Of a DNA stretch of 61,570 bases, positions 26,710 to 36,052 are shown in pieces. The translations under genes were made by a program, and so were the position numbers. The notes beneath the pieces are model-generated. The model was not told the DNA's origin. It saw only the letters and a program-made list of their open reading frames with translations, and made no database searches. The stretch is from a virus (taxonomy: Duplodnaviria; Caudoviricetes), in the IMG/VR virus record IMGVR_UViG_3300036853_000133, positions 1 through 61,570 of that record, one strand, 5' to 3'. Position 1 is the stretch's first letter. The number at the start of each line of letters is the position of its first letter.

Positions 26710-27641
26710 TTGCGCTTTATGCAAAGAACGTCGTGCCGGGGCACGCAAGACCAAAGGAAACCGCACAGCGGCTCGCACGCGTTCTGACGTTCTTCGGCGG
26801 CGATATGCTCGTCTCGATCAACGGCGATCGCTGCCGCGCCTACGTCAAGTCCAGATCCACAGATGCTGCCGCTCGAAAGGAACTGGAAGACCTCCGCGCC
26901 GCAATCAACCATCATCGCAAGGAAGGCCATTGCGAGAAACTGATTTCGATCGTGCTGCCGGCCCGGCGCGTGAACCGGGAACAATGGCTGACCCGGCAAG
27001 AGGTCGCCAAGATGGTCTTTGCGGCCTGGCAATATCGGGAGATTCAGAAGGGCACACGAACGGACCGGCGATCGCGCCAGCATGTCGCCAAGTTCATTCT
27101 GGTCGGATGCTATACCGGCACGCGGGCGGGCTCGATCTGCGCCGCCGCCCTCCAGCCAACGCCGGGGCATGGATGGATCGATACCGAGCGCGGCGTGTTC
27201 TACCGCCGCCCTAGGGGGCGCAGGGAGACTAAGAAACGTCAGCCAGCCATTCCGCTGCCGGCCAAGCTGATGGCACACATTCGGCGCTGGAAACGGCGCG
27301 GACAACGGTTCTGCGTGGAGTGGAATCGAGAGCAGGTCCGGGATGTCGACAAGGCGTTCCGGCGCAATGCCTCCGAAGCCGGGGTCAAGGCCACCCCACA
27401 CACACTACGACACACGGCCGCTACCTGGCTGATGCAGGAGGGAGCGGACCCATGGCAGGCTGCGGAATATCTCGGAATGACGCTGAAAACGCTACTGGAC
27501 AACTACGGTCATCATCATCCGGAGCATCTGCGCGGGCCAAGAAACGTATTCGATCGGCCGCCACAGCAACGCCACAACATCCAGTCAACAGACCAAGAAC
27601 AAACGTCATCGAACGTGGTGAAAATCAGTGGCAAACATTGA
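26460..27641 (+). CDS. int: tyrosine integrase
   Basis: YTGTR, TPHTLRHTAATW, YLGM, NYGHH. Confidence 0.95.
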   Translation: MPARSKGPRLWWRKPRRSKRTGKITHPGVWIIRDGKRQTSTGCGHNDLDGAARKLAEYIARKHVVTTTKGGPRDPAEIPVADVIALYAKNVVPGHARPKETAQRLARVLTFFGGDMLVSINGDRCRAYVKSRSTDAAARKELEDLRAAINHHRKEGHCEKLISIVLPARRVNREQWLTRQEVAKMVFAAWQYREIQKGTRTDRRSRQHVAKFILVGCYTGTRAGSICAAALQPTPGHGWIDTERGVFYRRPRGRRETKKRQPAIPLPAKLMAHIRRWKRRGQRFCVEWNREQVRDVDKAFRRNASEAGVKATPHTLRHTAATWLMQEGADPWQAAEYLGMTLKTLLDNYGHHHPEHLRGPRNVFDRPPQQRHNIQSTDQEQTSSNVVKISGKH

Positions 27642-27661
27642 ACATTTAAGCATACCCTGTT

Positions 27662-27707
27662 GTTCGGGACGAGGGGGTCGCAGGTTCAAATCCTGCCACT
27701 CCGACCA
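27662..27707 (+). other. attP core: 3' part of tRNA-Pro(CGG)
   Basis: GTTCGGGACGAGGGGGTCGCAGGTTCAAATCCTGCCACTCCGACCA contains the anticodon CGG, T-arm and CCA, but no 5' half. Confidence 0.9.
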
Positions 27708-27767
27708 ATACTTAGCCGATACTTACGGCTTTCCCGCCACACCCTGCGCCACACCTTCAAGGCGCCG

Positions 27768-28040
27768 ATGGCCATGCCACAGCCACCCCGCCGCTTCCCC
27801 AAGCCCTGGCAACTCGTCGAAAACCATGAGTCCTTCGAGGTCCAGGACGCGAATGGGTTCCCGCTCGCCTATCTGTATTTCGAGGATGACTTCAAACGGA
27901 ACTGGGCCTCGATCAGAGGGCGGATGACCAAGGATGAAGCTAGACGGATCGCGAATGCGATTGCGAGATTACCTGAGTTGTTGACGTTGGAAAAACAGAT
28001 GAAGGCCGGCGGGGACTTCGATCAGGGCAGTGAGACTTGA
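27768..28040 (+). CDS. conserved rhizobial hypothetical protein
   Basis: RRFPKPW..VQDANG..LAYLYFEDD..TKDEARRIA. Confidence 0.7.
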   Translation: MAMPQPPRRFPKPWQLVENHESFEVQDANGFPLAYLYFEDDFKRNWASIRGRMTKDEARRIANAIARLPELLTLEKQMKAGGDFDQGSET

Positions 28041-28061
28041 TGTTGCTGAATCTTATTTTGG

Positions 28062-28352
28062 ATGCCCGATAACCCGGAAGGGAAGGAAGAGCAGATGACT
28101 GCAATCGATCACTGGAAATTCTTCAACTGGGCGAACATTATCGGCGAGGCCAAGATGCTGCATGAACAAGCGCTGGCGAGCACGGCCGCAGCGATCACTC
28201 CGGAAATGCGAACGCTGGAATACTGGACGGCACATTGCGCGCACGCCAACATGGCGGCGTGTATGGAGTCGCGAGCCAGCGTATCCATGATCCAGTCAGA
28301 GCCATATGACTGGCGCAAAGACCCGACAAAGAACGCCGGTAACGGTTACTGA
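28062..28352 (+). CDS. hypothetical protein (moron)
   Basis: ORF next to attP. Confidence 0.5.
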   Translation: MPDNPEGKEEQMTAIDHWKFFNWANIIGEAKMLHEQALASTAAAITPEMRTLEYWTAHCAHANMAACMESRASVSMIQSEPYDWRKDPTKNAGNGY

Positions 28353-28361
28353 CCCAAACCC

Positions 28362-28598
28362 ATGCCCCTGTTCTGGATCGTCCACATCATCAACAACAAC
28401 CCTACCGTCTTCATCCAGGAGGCAACCGGAGTTGAGATCGCAAGACTGAAGGCGAGCATTGCAGGGTTCAATGAAGGGACGTTCTCAGAAGCTCACATGC
28501 TCGATGCAAAGAGAGCGAAGAAAGTCCCGAAGAAGATGATCGGGCGTGTGTTGGATCAGGATGAAGCGAATGCGTTGTTGAAGCGGATTGGAAAATGA
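28362..28598 (+). CDS. hypothetical protein (moron)
   Basis: MPLFWIVH..KVPKKMIGRVL. Confidence 0.6.
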   Translation: MPLFWIVHIINNNPTVFIQEATGVEIARLKASIAGFNEGTFSEAHMLDAKRAKKVPKKMIGRVLDQDEANALLKRIGK

Positions 28599-28631
28599 AA
28601 AAGCCCGACCGCCATCTCTGACGATCGGGCC
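28598..28631 (-). terminator. terminator ending the late transcript
   Basis: GCCCGATCGTCA..TGGCGGTCGGGC-TTTTT on the minus strand. Confidence 0.65.
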
Positions 28632-28723
28632 AAGTATGCGGGGACGCGAAAGCAGACCACAGACAGTGGACTGCTATGCCCGCTAGGGGCTACGGACGGC
28701 GACACGTGATCGCCGAATTAGAT

Positions 28724-29317
28724 TCATCCTCCCGCCCCAGCAATAAAGCAAATCACTCCATCCGGATAAACATACTCCCGCTCTGGCGGAGGTGCACAGA
28801 GATGATTGCGCCCGTCAGGGCTGTCACGTCCGGTCTCGATCTTGGTTGCTGGGATGTTGAGCCACTTGCCGTCTTCACGGCGCTTGGCCTGGATGCGACC
28901 GCCTGAGCTGCGCATTTGCGTGGCGTAGCAATCAGCCTTGTTGCAGCAGGAGATGCTTGGATTGTCCGGACGATTCCATGTGCTGTAGAACTTCGCGACA
29001 TCGCCCGTAAGCGTCTCTGTGGGATGGTGATGCGGCATCTCCTGTGCGAAGGCCTGAGCCCGCATCAACAGCACAGCGACAAGCGCCAGCACATGAACTG
29101 CTGCGGATGTGCGCTTCGCAATGTAGGGCGCAAGCTGCGCCATACGCTCGATCACTTCTGATCGAAGTTGCTTCGCTTCGTCTGTCGATCCGTGGTGAAG
29201 GTCATCGAGCAACAACTTCCATTGGACGTGCCGCAGGAAAGCGATTTCGGTTTCAGATTGAGATTCGATTTCGGCCGCCGCTTCGGCCCAGACTTGCCGG
29301 GTGGGTTTCTTTTTCAT
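28724..29317 (-). CDS. membrane/exported Cys-rich protein
   Basis: Internal signal/TM segment followed by SCCNKADC..HLC..ICF. Confidence 0.6.
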   Translation of the reverse strand: MKKKPTRQVWAEAAAEIESQSETEIAFLRHVQWKLLLDDLHHGSTDEAKQLRSEVIERMAQLAPYIAKRTSAAVHVLALVAVLLMRAQAFAQEMPHHHPTETLTGDVAKFYSTWNRPDNPSISCCNKADCYATQMRSSGGRIQAKRREDGKWLNIPATKIETGRDSPDGRNHLCAPPPEREYVYPDGVICFIAGAGG

Positions 29318-29718
29318 GGATGCGGCCTCGCCGACATCCACGCGGGAAGGTTTTCGGAGATCCGGCCGAGAGCCCACGCGACGAAGCCGCCGAAAACGGA
29401 ATAGAAGACGATCAAGAGCTTCTTGGCGCCGCGGGCCTCAGCCTTCGTATTGCGATAGTCTTTAGCCTCATCGATCGCCGTTGCGATGTCCGCACGTTTG
29501 TCGCGGAAGTCCTCCACCAGGGGCTTCATGTAGGCAACATCCCGCGCCACGTTGCGCATGGACTCGCCCGTCGCATCCACGATGATGTGGACCTTGCGAT
29601 GCTCTTCTGTGGTGTCTTCCTTAAGCTCTCGAACGGCCGACACCAGGTTCTTGATGTCGGAACGCATCTCGCCGATTTCGAGGCTGATCTGGTGAAGCTC
29701 ACCCGTCATAGCGGTCAC
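29314..29718 (-). CDS. coiled-coil protein with C-terminal TM (lysis-associated)
   Basis: Heptads plus LLIVFYSVFGGFVAWAL. Confidence 0.6.
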   Translation of the reverse strand: MTAMTGELHQISLEIGEMRSDIKNLVSAVRELKEDTTEEHRKVHIIVDATGESMRNVARDVAYMKPLVEDFRDKRADIATAIDEAKDYRNTKAEARGAKKLLIVFYSVFGGFVAWALGRISENLPAWMSARPHP

Positions 29719-29993
29719 CCGGCGACCGCAGCCCTACCCCTAACTCAGTACCAATACGTAGGAAGTGTGCAATACAGCACACTCCGATTTCCGGATTCGT
29801 GATTTGATGCTGGTCAGCCATCGCTTGCCCCTCAACGGCTCGCTGTGGTGGTGACAGCCCTGGAAGGGGCTGGTTACGGGGTGCTCGGATGTTCGTAGCA
29901 ACCGGGCGCCCCACTGGATTTTCAGAAAACTCCTTACACGTTTAGATGGTTTCGCGAGTCAGTGATTCCTCTTATTGCCGTTTGGGCAGGACG

Positions 29994-30350
29994 CTACGCG
30001 CCCTCATATGGATAAAACCCAGGCCGCTCCGTGTGGCTCACAGCCCAGTTGGGGCGGCGCCATCCGAACATGCGACACACTCGCGTCGTCATGTTCTGGA
30101 CCGCAAACCACATCAGCAAGACGAGCACGAAGGGAACAGCCAAAAGGTAGAGGCTCAGCGGCGCACATAAGAACCCAACCAGCATGACCGCGATATCGCC
30201 AGACGCCTCCCCTGCATGCGCCGGAGTCGGCATCAACATATTAACAACCCAGAACCCGAGCGCTACCGCAGCGGTCCACAGGATCACGTTCCAATAGAGA
30301 TTCACGAAGCCGGCAACACAATTGCCATGGCGTGTGTCGCTACTGAACAT
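29994..30350 (-). CDS. membrane protein
   Basis: Two to three TM segments. Confidence 0.55.
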   Translation of the reverse strand: MFSSDTRHGNCVAGFVNLYWNVILWTAAVALGFWVVNMLMPTPAHAGEASGDIAVMLVGFLCAPLSLYLLAVPFVLVLLMWFAVQNMTTRVCRMFGWRRPNWAVSHTERPGFYPYEGA

Positions 30351-30353
30351 GGC

Positions 30354-30518
30354 TTAGAGCCTCCCTAGCAGCAGCAAGATCAGAATGATCACGATGATGA
30401 GGCTGAGTCCGCCACCGCCGTAATACCCCGTTCCATAGAATGGTCCGCCGCCGATGCCGCTGAAGCCACCCAGCAGAGCGATGATGAGAATAATGAGTAT
30501 GATTGTGCCGAGACTCAT
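30354..30518 (-). CDS. DUF3309-like small membrane protein
   Basis: Hand-read MSLGTIILIILIIALLGGFSGIGGGPFYGTGYYGGGGLSLIIVIILILLLLGRL; AGGAGG RBS. Confidence 0.75.
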   Translation of the reverse strand: MSLGTIILIILIIALLGGFSGIGGGPFYGTGYYGGGGLSLIIVIILILLLLGRL

Positions 30519-30531
30519 TGCCGCCTCCTAT

Positions 30532-31248
30532 TCATTTCGCTTGCGGATTGACCGGCGCATAGAGCACCTGAGGCGCTGGCGTCGGATGGCTATTGATCAC
30601 AGCAAACGCCAGCGATCCGAGTGCAATGAAGAACATGAGTGCGCCGAACACGATTCCAGCGATGCTTGCGACCTGAGATGTGTTTTGCGTTGTAGCGACA
30701 GCGCTCTCTGTCTTCTGTTGCGTCATGCCCTGCGTGCGCGCTTCGATGACTGTCAGCCGCACCTTGAGGTCGTCGTTTTTCTCATCCGATTTCTTCTCGG
30801 CAGCCTCAATGCGCTTGCCTTGCTCATCGAACTGCTTGGTGAAGTTGTTCTCGGTTTTCGTGATGGCCTTGTCGGCGGATGCAAACGCAGCATCGACAGC
30901 CTTGATGCTGTCCTTCTCGGTCTTTTCCGTGCGCGCATCGCGCTCACGAAACTGCGTCTTGATCCCCTCGAACTTCTCCAGGGTCAGATCGCGCAATGCC
31001 GTCACTTCGTGCTGGATATCCATCGTGGTTGGTGTTCGATCGGCGAAGGCCTGCAAGAGCAGGATGGCTTTATCCATCCCGTTCAAGCGGGTTTCGAGCA
31101 ATTCACGCAGCCAGAAATTCTCCCGCAGAAGCTGCTGCGTTGTCAGGGCAGATGGGTCCTGCTTGGGCGCAACATTGGTGTTGTAGCGCAGAGCCCCATT
31201 GTCGGCGGACTCTGCGCTTGGTGCGCGAGGAATTTCCGAACCAGGCAT
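30532..31248 (-). CDS. coiled-coil protein with C-terminal TM
   Basis: Heptads; IAGIVFGALMFFIALGSLAFAVI. Confidence 0.65.
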   Translation of the reverse strand: MPGSEIPRAPSAESADNGALRYNTNVAPKQDPSALTTQQLLRENFWLRELLETRLNGMDKAILLLQAFADRTPTTMDIQHEVTALRDLTLEKFEGIKTQFRERDARTEKTEKDSIKAVDAAFASADKAITKTENNFTKQFDEQGKRIEAAEKKSDEKNDDLKVRLTVIEARTQGMTQQKTESAVATTQNTSQVASIAGIVFGALMFFIALGSLAFAVINSHPTPAPQVLYAPVNPQAK

Positions 31249-31550
31249 CAGTCTTCCTCGCCTTCTTCCTTCTCGGGAAGCGGAGCGTGAAGCTTGGCCC
31301 GCGCCGTCGCGATCCGCGCATCGAGCGCAGCGAGTTGCGCGTCAGTCGGCAATCCGCCGGAGAACGTGTCCTTCAGATCGGTGACTAGATTGGCGATGTT
31401 CTTGCCCTGGCTGAGCGCGAGCTGCGCGACGTCGATCACGCTTGAGACCGTGCTGACATAGGGGATCAGGTTGACGACCGGCAGATCGGTCGCAGCCTTG
31501 ATGGTGCCGAGCGCGGTACCGACTGCATCGAGAAGATTTTTGATGTCCAT
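31248..31550 (-). CDS. hypothetical protein
   Basis: Coupled ORF in the lysis region. Confidence 0.65.
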   Translation of the reverse strand: MDIKNLLDAVGTALGTIKAATDLPVVNLIPYVSTVSSVIDVAQLALSQGKNIANLVTDLKDTFSGGLPTDAQLAALDARIATARAKLHAPLPEKEEGEED

Positions 31551-31564
31551 TGGTGGTTTCCTTG

Positions 31565-32035
31565 TTACTGAACGGTTGCGACGGATGCCGCAGACGTGTT
31601 GATGACGCCTTGGAAGTTAGTCACGGCCGCCCACGCCTCGCGGACCACCGTCACGGCGCTGATCGTGGGATTGCGCGCAATGAAGTCTTCCGCTTTGGCG
31701 ATCGCAGCCGATGCCTGATCGTCCGCGACTCCAAGCTTCCTCACGATGGATCGGCGGCTTTTGCAGACCGGGCCGGCAATCGGATCGGCCATCAGGGTCT
31801 TGAACGGCCGCGCGTAGCAGTAGTCGCGATAGCCGTTCGCAAGATCGAGCGCTGCGGCATAGACCGACTTCACCTGATAGATATTGACAGGCGTTGCCGG
31901 GTTGGCGATCGGCGCCGTGATCGAGGTCCCGCCCTTGAAGACGGATACGCCGCCAGAGTCGAACGTGAGGCATCCGCCGAGCGAAAGCGCGATGGCAATG
32001 ACAGCGAAGATACTGAGCAAGCGTTTCATGGTCAC
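31565..32035 (-). CDS. lipoprotein, possible spanin component
   Basis: Signal peptide with lipobox LGGC. Confidence 0.65.
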   Translation of the reverse strand: MTMKRLLSIFAVIAIALSLGGCLTFDSGGVSVFKGGTSITAPIANPATPVNIYQVKSVYAAALDLANGYRDYCYARPFKTLMADPIAGPVCKSRRSIVRKLGVADDQASAAIAKAEDFIARNPTISAVTVVREAWAAVTNFQGVINTSAASVATVQ

Positions 32036-32043
32036 TCCTTTGG

Positions 32044-32547
32044 TTACGTGGATTGAATTGCGTTGGCGCGATCCTGCGTCAGCAGATTCTTGCTGACGAG
32101 ATATGTGATCTCATCCGGATCGGGTTTCATCTTGACCGGGCCTGAGACGATGGCGGAGAGCTTCGCGTCGGACGGATCGGAGCCGGATGCGGACGTGATG
32201 GCGCTACGCTCCGCATCGGTCATCCTGTTCCACCACGGCGTTCCGTTCGCAGGTGGAGGCGGAGGCACAACAACGGGCGCGACCTTGTCCGCGAGAGCCC
32301 CGGCGACTTTCGCCTGCGTCTCATCCTTCTTGTCGCTGCCTGAACTGGAATTGAATTGGTAGCCGATGGCATCCGCTGCCATTTTGATGAACAGCGTGAC
32401 GAAGCCTGCGAGCAGCCCGATCTGGCTCGCGTCACCACTTGGTGGATGCAACATCCACAACACGACCATGAATGCCGATGTACACACGAGAAAAAACGCA
32501 AGCGCGCCCTTGAGCGTGAGGTTCTCCCACTTCATCGGTTCATCCAT
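32044..32547 (-). CDS. holin-like protein
   Basis: Two TMs followed by IGYQFNSSSGSDKKD (YxFGSSxGS-K holin motif). Confidence 0.65.
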   Translation of the reverse strand: MDEPMKWENLTLKGALAFFLVCTSAFMVVLWMLHPPSGDASQIGLLAGFVTLFIKMAADAIGYQFNSSSGSDKKDETQAKVAGALADKVAPVVVPPPPPANGTPWWNRMTDAERSAITSASGSDPSDAKLSAIVSGPVKMKPDPDEITYLVSKNLLTQDRANAIQST

Positions 32548-32582
32548 GGTCAGTGATTGACCGGCATCCGGCCGGCGACGGT

Positions 32583-32780
32583 TCAGATGGGTAGAGACAA
32601 CACATAGCCAAAGTAGATAGCCAGAAGGATTCCAGTCGCGGCGAGAATGCCGAACACAAACTTCTCTTTGCGCTCACGCGATCGCTTGCGTTTGGCGACG
32701 AACGCTCGGTTATTCACGCGGCAGCGTTCGTCCTCATCGTCAATGTGATCGGCGGGCATCGGCTTGAAGTTGCGCTGCAT
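32583..32780 (-). CDS. small membrane protein
   Basis: Basic patch plus C-terminal TM. Confidence 0.5.
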   Translation of the reverse strand: MQRNFKPMPADHIDDEDERCRVNNRAFVAKRKRSRERKEKFVFGILAATGILLAIYFGYVLSLPI

Positions 32781-33622
32781 CACGCGACCTTCGGCGCAAC
32801 ATCGCACGCGCAGCCTTCATGATGACCAAGATCATCATGGATCGCAGCGATCGTTGCCGGGTCAGCGGCGCGCGTCATCGTCAGACCCTTGCGATGCTGA
32901 TAGGCGCCGATCGCCGTTAATGTCTTCGGCCCGATATATCCATCCGCATTGAGCGGAGGGTTGGCGCCGAGCGCGTTGAGCGAGAGCTGCAGCCATTGTG
33001 TAGACTCAGTCCCAGTCGAGTCGGTCTCGATCGGATGATCGCCAGCGTCGCCGCCCATGTAGGAGGCAACGCGTCTGCGAAACGCCTCCATCGCAACGAT
33101 ACGCTGCGCTCGCGTCCCGACGCTGAAGGCTGGATCCGGCTTGCGACCAACCGGGATCGCCCATTCCAGATGTCCAACGCACATGATCGGTTTTGCGTTG
33201 ATGTGCTTCAGGATCGCGGCGACGCCCTTTGCGTAGGACTCCATCTGCACCGCAGGCCACGGGTTGTCGTTCGGCAACCCGGTGTTCTCGGCCTCGATGC
33301 CGATCATTTCCGAGTTGCCGTTGTGCACGCCCTGCCACACGCCTGCGCCGGCATGCGAGCACTTGCCGGCGGCGATGACGTGGAACGTGCCGTCACGGCC
33401 GAGCACGAGCTGCGCGAGCGGGCCTGAGAGATCGGGGCGCCCATTCGTCACGATGCCGATCGACGGAGCGTTGCCCTTCGGCGATCCTGCCGTGTGATGG
33501 CAGATCACGCCCTTGATCGTGCCGACGTCGCCATGTCCGCATGTCTGCCATCCTGGCTCTTCGATGACGGGAAGCCCCGCCGCTTTGAGCACTGAGGGCA
33601 ACCAGGTGAGAGAATACGTCAC
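32780..33622 (-). CDS. endolysin: N-acetylmuramoyl-L-alanine amidase with PG-binding domain
   Basis: ICHHTAG, HAGAG, IGIEAEN, GH.EW..RKPDP; WLQLSLN..ADGYIGPKT. Confidence 0.9.
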   Translation of the reverse strand: MTYSLTWLPSVLKAAGLPVIEEPGWQTCGHGDVGTIKGVICHHTAGSPKGNAPSIGIVTNGRPDLSGPLAQLVLGRDGTFHVIAAGKCSHAGAGVWQGVHNGNSEMIGIEAENTGLPNDNPWPAVQMESYAKGVAAILKHINAKPIMCVGHLEWAIPVGRKPDPAFSVGTRAQRIVAMEAFRRRVASYMGGDAGDHPIETDSTGTESTQWLQLSLNALGANPPLNADGYIGPKTLTAIGAYQHRKGLTMTRAADPATIAAIHDDLGHHEGCACDVAPKVA

Positions 33623-34149
33623 GATGCTCGCTCCGATTTTGGAAACGCGATCTCTTCCGGCTTCGTCGTGTTTGGGTCGCCGCGCCAGATTTTGACCTTC
33701 GACAGATCGCCGTAGTTGCCATGCAGAAACAGGGCGATCTCGTTCATGCGCCGCTTGGCCAGGCCTTCGTTGAACTTGCCGGCCTTCGGACCTGACTCGT
33801 TGCGATTGATCGTGAGCAGCACCGCCATCGCTTCGAGCCGATCGCCGGCATTGATCAACTCGATGACCGGCAGGACGTGCGAGCCCTTGTTGTAATACGC
33901 ATCCACCAGCGCATCGAACTCATGTTGCTCGACGGGGACCGTCAGCTTCTTGGTGATGTACACCTCACGCGGCACGAGATCAGCCGCCAGCAGCTTCAGC
34001 GCATCATCCAGGCTGATCTGATCGCCGGGTTTCAGGGCGGGGTCATTATGACCCGCGCCCCAGCTCATATGCTTGCCGTCCGGATAGGCGACGAGCACGA
34101 TGGCTTCCCCTCTTGCGAGGAAGACGACCCCGTTGCGTGAAGTCTTCAC
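33619..34149 (-). CDS. GH24 lysozyme
   Basis: GEAIVLVAYPD..SWGAGH, QHEFDALVD..YNKG, GLAKRR..E..LF. Confidence 0.88.
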   Translation of the reverse strand: MKTSRNGVVFLARGEAIVLVAYPDGKHMSWGAGHNDPALKPGDQISLDDALKLLAADLVPREVYITKKLTVPVEQHEFDALVDAYYNKGSHVLPVIELINAGDRLEAMAVLLTINRNESGPKAGKFNEGLAKRRMNEIALFLHGNYGDLSKVKIWRGDPNTTKPEEIAFPKSERAS

Positions 34150-34150
34150 G

Positions 34151-34516
34151 TCAGCCGTTCGCGCTCGGATCGAACTTGGTGCCGGCCGGGATCGCGGTCT
34201 TGAGGCCCTCGACGACCGCGCTCTGATCCGTCACTGCGGTTTCGAGCGCCGCGAAGTCCGCATCCGCTGCGCCGCCGGCCGCGATCTGCGCCTTGAGCGC
34301 CGCGATCTCGGCAGCGATCGTGGACTGCCCTTCCTTCAACGCATCGGCCGCCGTGGCGACGGATTTGAGGGCATCGGTATTGGCAGTGATTTGCGCAAGG
34401 ATAGCAGCGGAGCGTGCAGACATGTCGTTCATCCTTTCAAGGATCATGAGAGTGTCCCGCGAGGGACGGCGGAGGTAGTTTCGGAATCGATGTGAGAGCC
34501 TGCGCATGACGCACAT
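34151..34516 (-). CDS. Ala-rich coiled-coil protein
   Basis: IAAEIAALKAQIAAG; start uncertain. Confidence 0.6.
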   Translation of the reverse strand: MCVMRRLSHRFRNYLRRPSRDTLMILERMNDMSARSAAILAQITANTDALKSVATAADALKEGQSTIAAEIAALKAQIAAGGAADADFAALETAVTDQSAVVEGLKTAIPAGTKFDPSANG

Positions 34517-34520
34517 CCTG

Positions 34521-34748
34521 TCAGCGAAACAAAACTAAGATCGCGAGCAAGAAGACGATCGCCGCTGCGATCATGATTCCATCGAACCATCGACGCCGCC
34601 GACGCGCGCGCAAATTGTCTTCCGCGATATAGGAATCATCGATGCAGGGTGGATCGTCCCGCATGGTGTCAGGGTTCTTCATGTGCCACCAGCAGGGATC
34701 CCCCTTGGCTGGACTTCCGCAATGACGGCAGGCACGAGCGTTATTCAT
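34521..34748 (-). CDS. small membrane protein
   Basis: CRHC; C-terminal TM. Confidence 0.5.
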   Translation of the reverse strand: MNNARACRHCGSPAKGDPCWWHMKNPDTMRDDPPCIDDSYIAEDNLRARRRRRWFDGIMIAAAIVFLLAILVLFR

Positions 34749-34879
34749 TCAGCCCATCCACCAAGCGGCGTACAGAAACGTCGTCACAAGCCAGGCCCTA
34801 CCGACATCGCTGAGATTGACGGCCGTGAAACTCACAAATAGCGAATAGAGCGTGGCCGCGCTTGCAAGGGTCAGCATCG

Positions 34880-35677
34880 CTACGCGCCGCGCGGGTTCAC
34901 AATCGTGTAGCCGGCGATCGAGCGCGGATGAATCCGCGTCCGCCGTCCACCTGAATTGCTGTCGTGAACGAGCCAAACATGACCGGCGATATGACGTTCC
35001 AGGACAAACACGTGCCCGCGCCGCGCGGCAACCATCTTTGGAGCTGGCGCTGCCCGCGGGAACCGGAGCCAATTCGCCGCGAGGTTCAAGGCAGGAATGA
35101 TCCGGCCGAACAGATGCAGAGAGGCGCCGCAGCCGCAGAACCGCGACGGACAGCCCTGTGGGCGACCGCCTAGAACCTGAGCCCCAGCCCTCCCCACCTC
35201 CCGCGTCATTCCACCCCACATCGTCTGTGGAGACACGTCGCCTGGCTCTGCGATCGGGCGCCGTTCCCGCGGCACTGGCACATCGCCACGCCAGCGCTGT
35301 CCCCCACGTGTCCCCCATTTGGGGGACGGACGATGCCGTGACTTGCCCACCCGCTTGCGCTGACAGGCCGGCGGAGGGCAGCGCATTGACCCCGAAACCT
35401 CCGGCCCGAGCTGCGTGTGCGCTGAATACCTATCCCCGCTGAACTGTGTCACACCGGGATAGGGCGAAGGCCTGGCATGGGCCGAAATCGCGCCGCAGAT
35501 GCATGCGCCGATGACGATGCAACACACCACCAGGGCAATGAATGCGCCTCTGAACGCGCCTCGGCTGGCGTGCCGGGGATCGCCATCGCGCCAGTGATCG
35601 TTGTCCCGGAGCACGAAAAAGCCAGCGAAAAACCCGATGGCGCATAGCACAGCGATCACGGCGAGAATCCGCAGCAT
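34880..35677 (-). CDS. membrane-anchored protein with CHAP/NlpC-like C-terminus
   Basis: Two TMs; FCGCG..LAANW..RRGHVFVL..HDSNSG. Confidence 0.55.
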   Translation of the reverse strand: MLRILAVIAVLCAIGFFAGFFVLRDNDHWRDGDPRHASRGAFRGAFIALVVCCIVIGACICGAISAHARPSPYPGVTQFSGDRYSAHTQLGPEVSGSMRCPPPACQRKRVGKSRHRPSPKWGTRGGQRWRGDVPVPRERRPIAEPGDVSPQTMWGGMTREVGRAGAQVLGGRPQGCPSRFCGCGASLHLFGRIIPALNLAANWLRFPRAAPAPKMVAARRGHVFVLERHIAGHVWLVHDSNSGGRRTRIHPRSIAGYTIVNPRGA

Positions 35678-36052
35678 GCAGGGAACCTCTCAAGGTGGTG
35701 GAAGGGGCTTGGAAACTCAACTAGGATGGGCGCCCGAACCCAGGGACCGCATCAATGAAAGTTTTTCCGCTGAGCGGGCAAAACCAAATGGAGGGGAGCA
35801 TTCCATCCCCTCTCGCCGCTTGGCTGTGGTGGCGATCCGGCGGCAAGCCTCCGACCGATTGGCATCAATACCGGCAACCGCTCTGGCGCCTGTGCTCGGG
35901 TCGTTATCTGATCTCGATCGCGGGCGAACCATTACGCGATCTCGCGGTCATGCGCCGATTCCACGCGGGCAAATGGCAGTATCGCCGCGAGACGCCGGAA
36001 GAGCAGGAAGACAGCTTCAAGGGCGAGATCTGGTGAACGCGGAAACAAAAGA

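Noticed and set aside
27662-27707. Intact tRNA-Pro gene
   Set aside because: The 5' acceptor strand and D-arm are missing; it is the att core.
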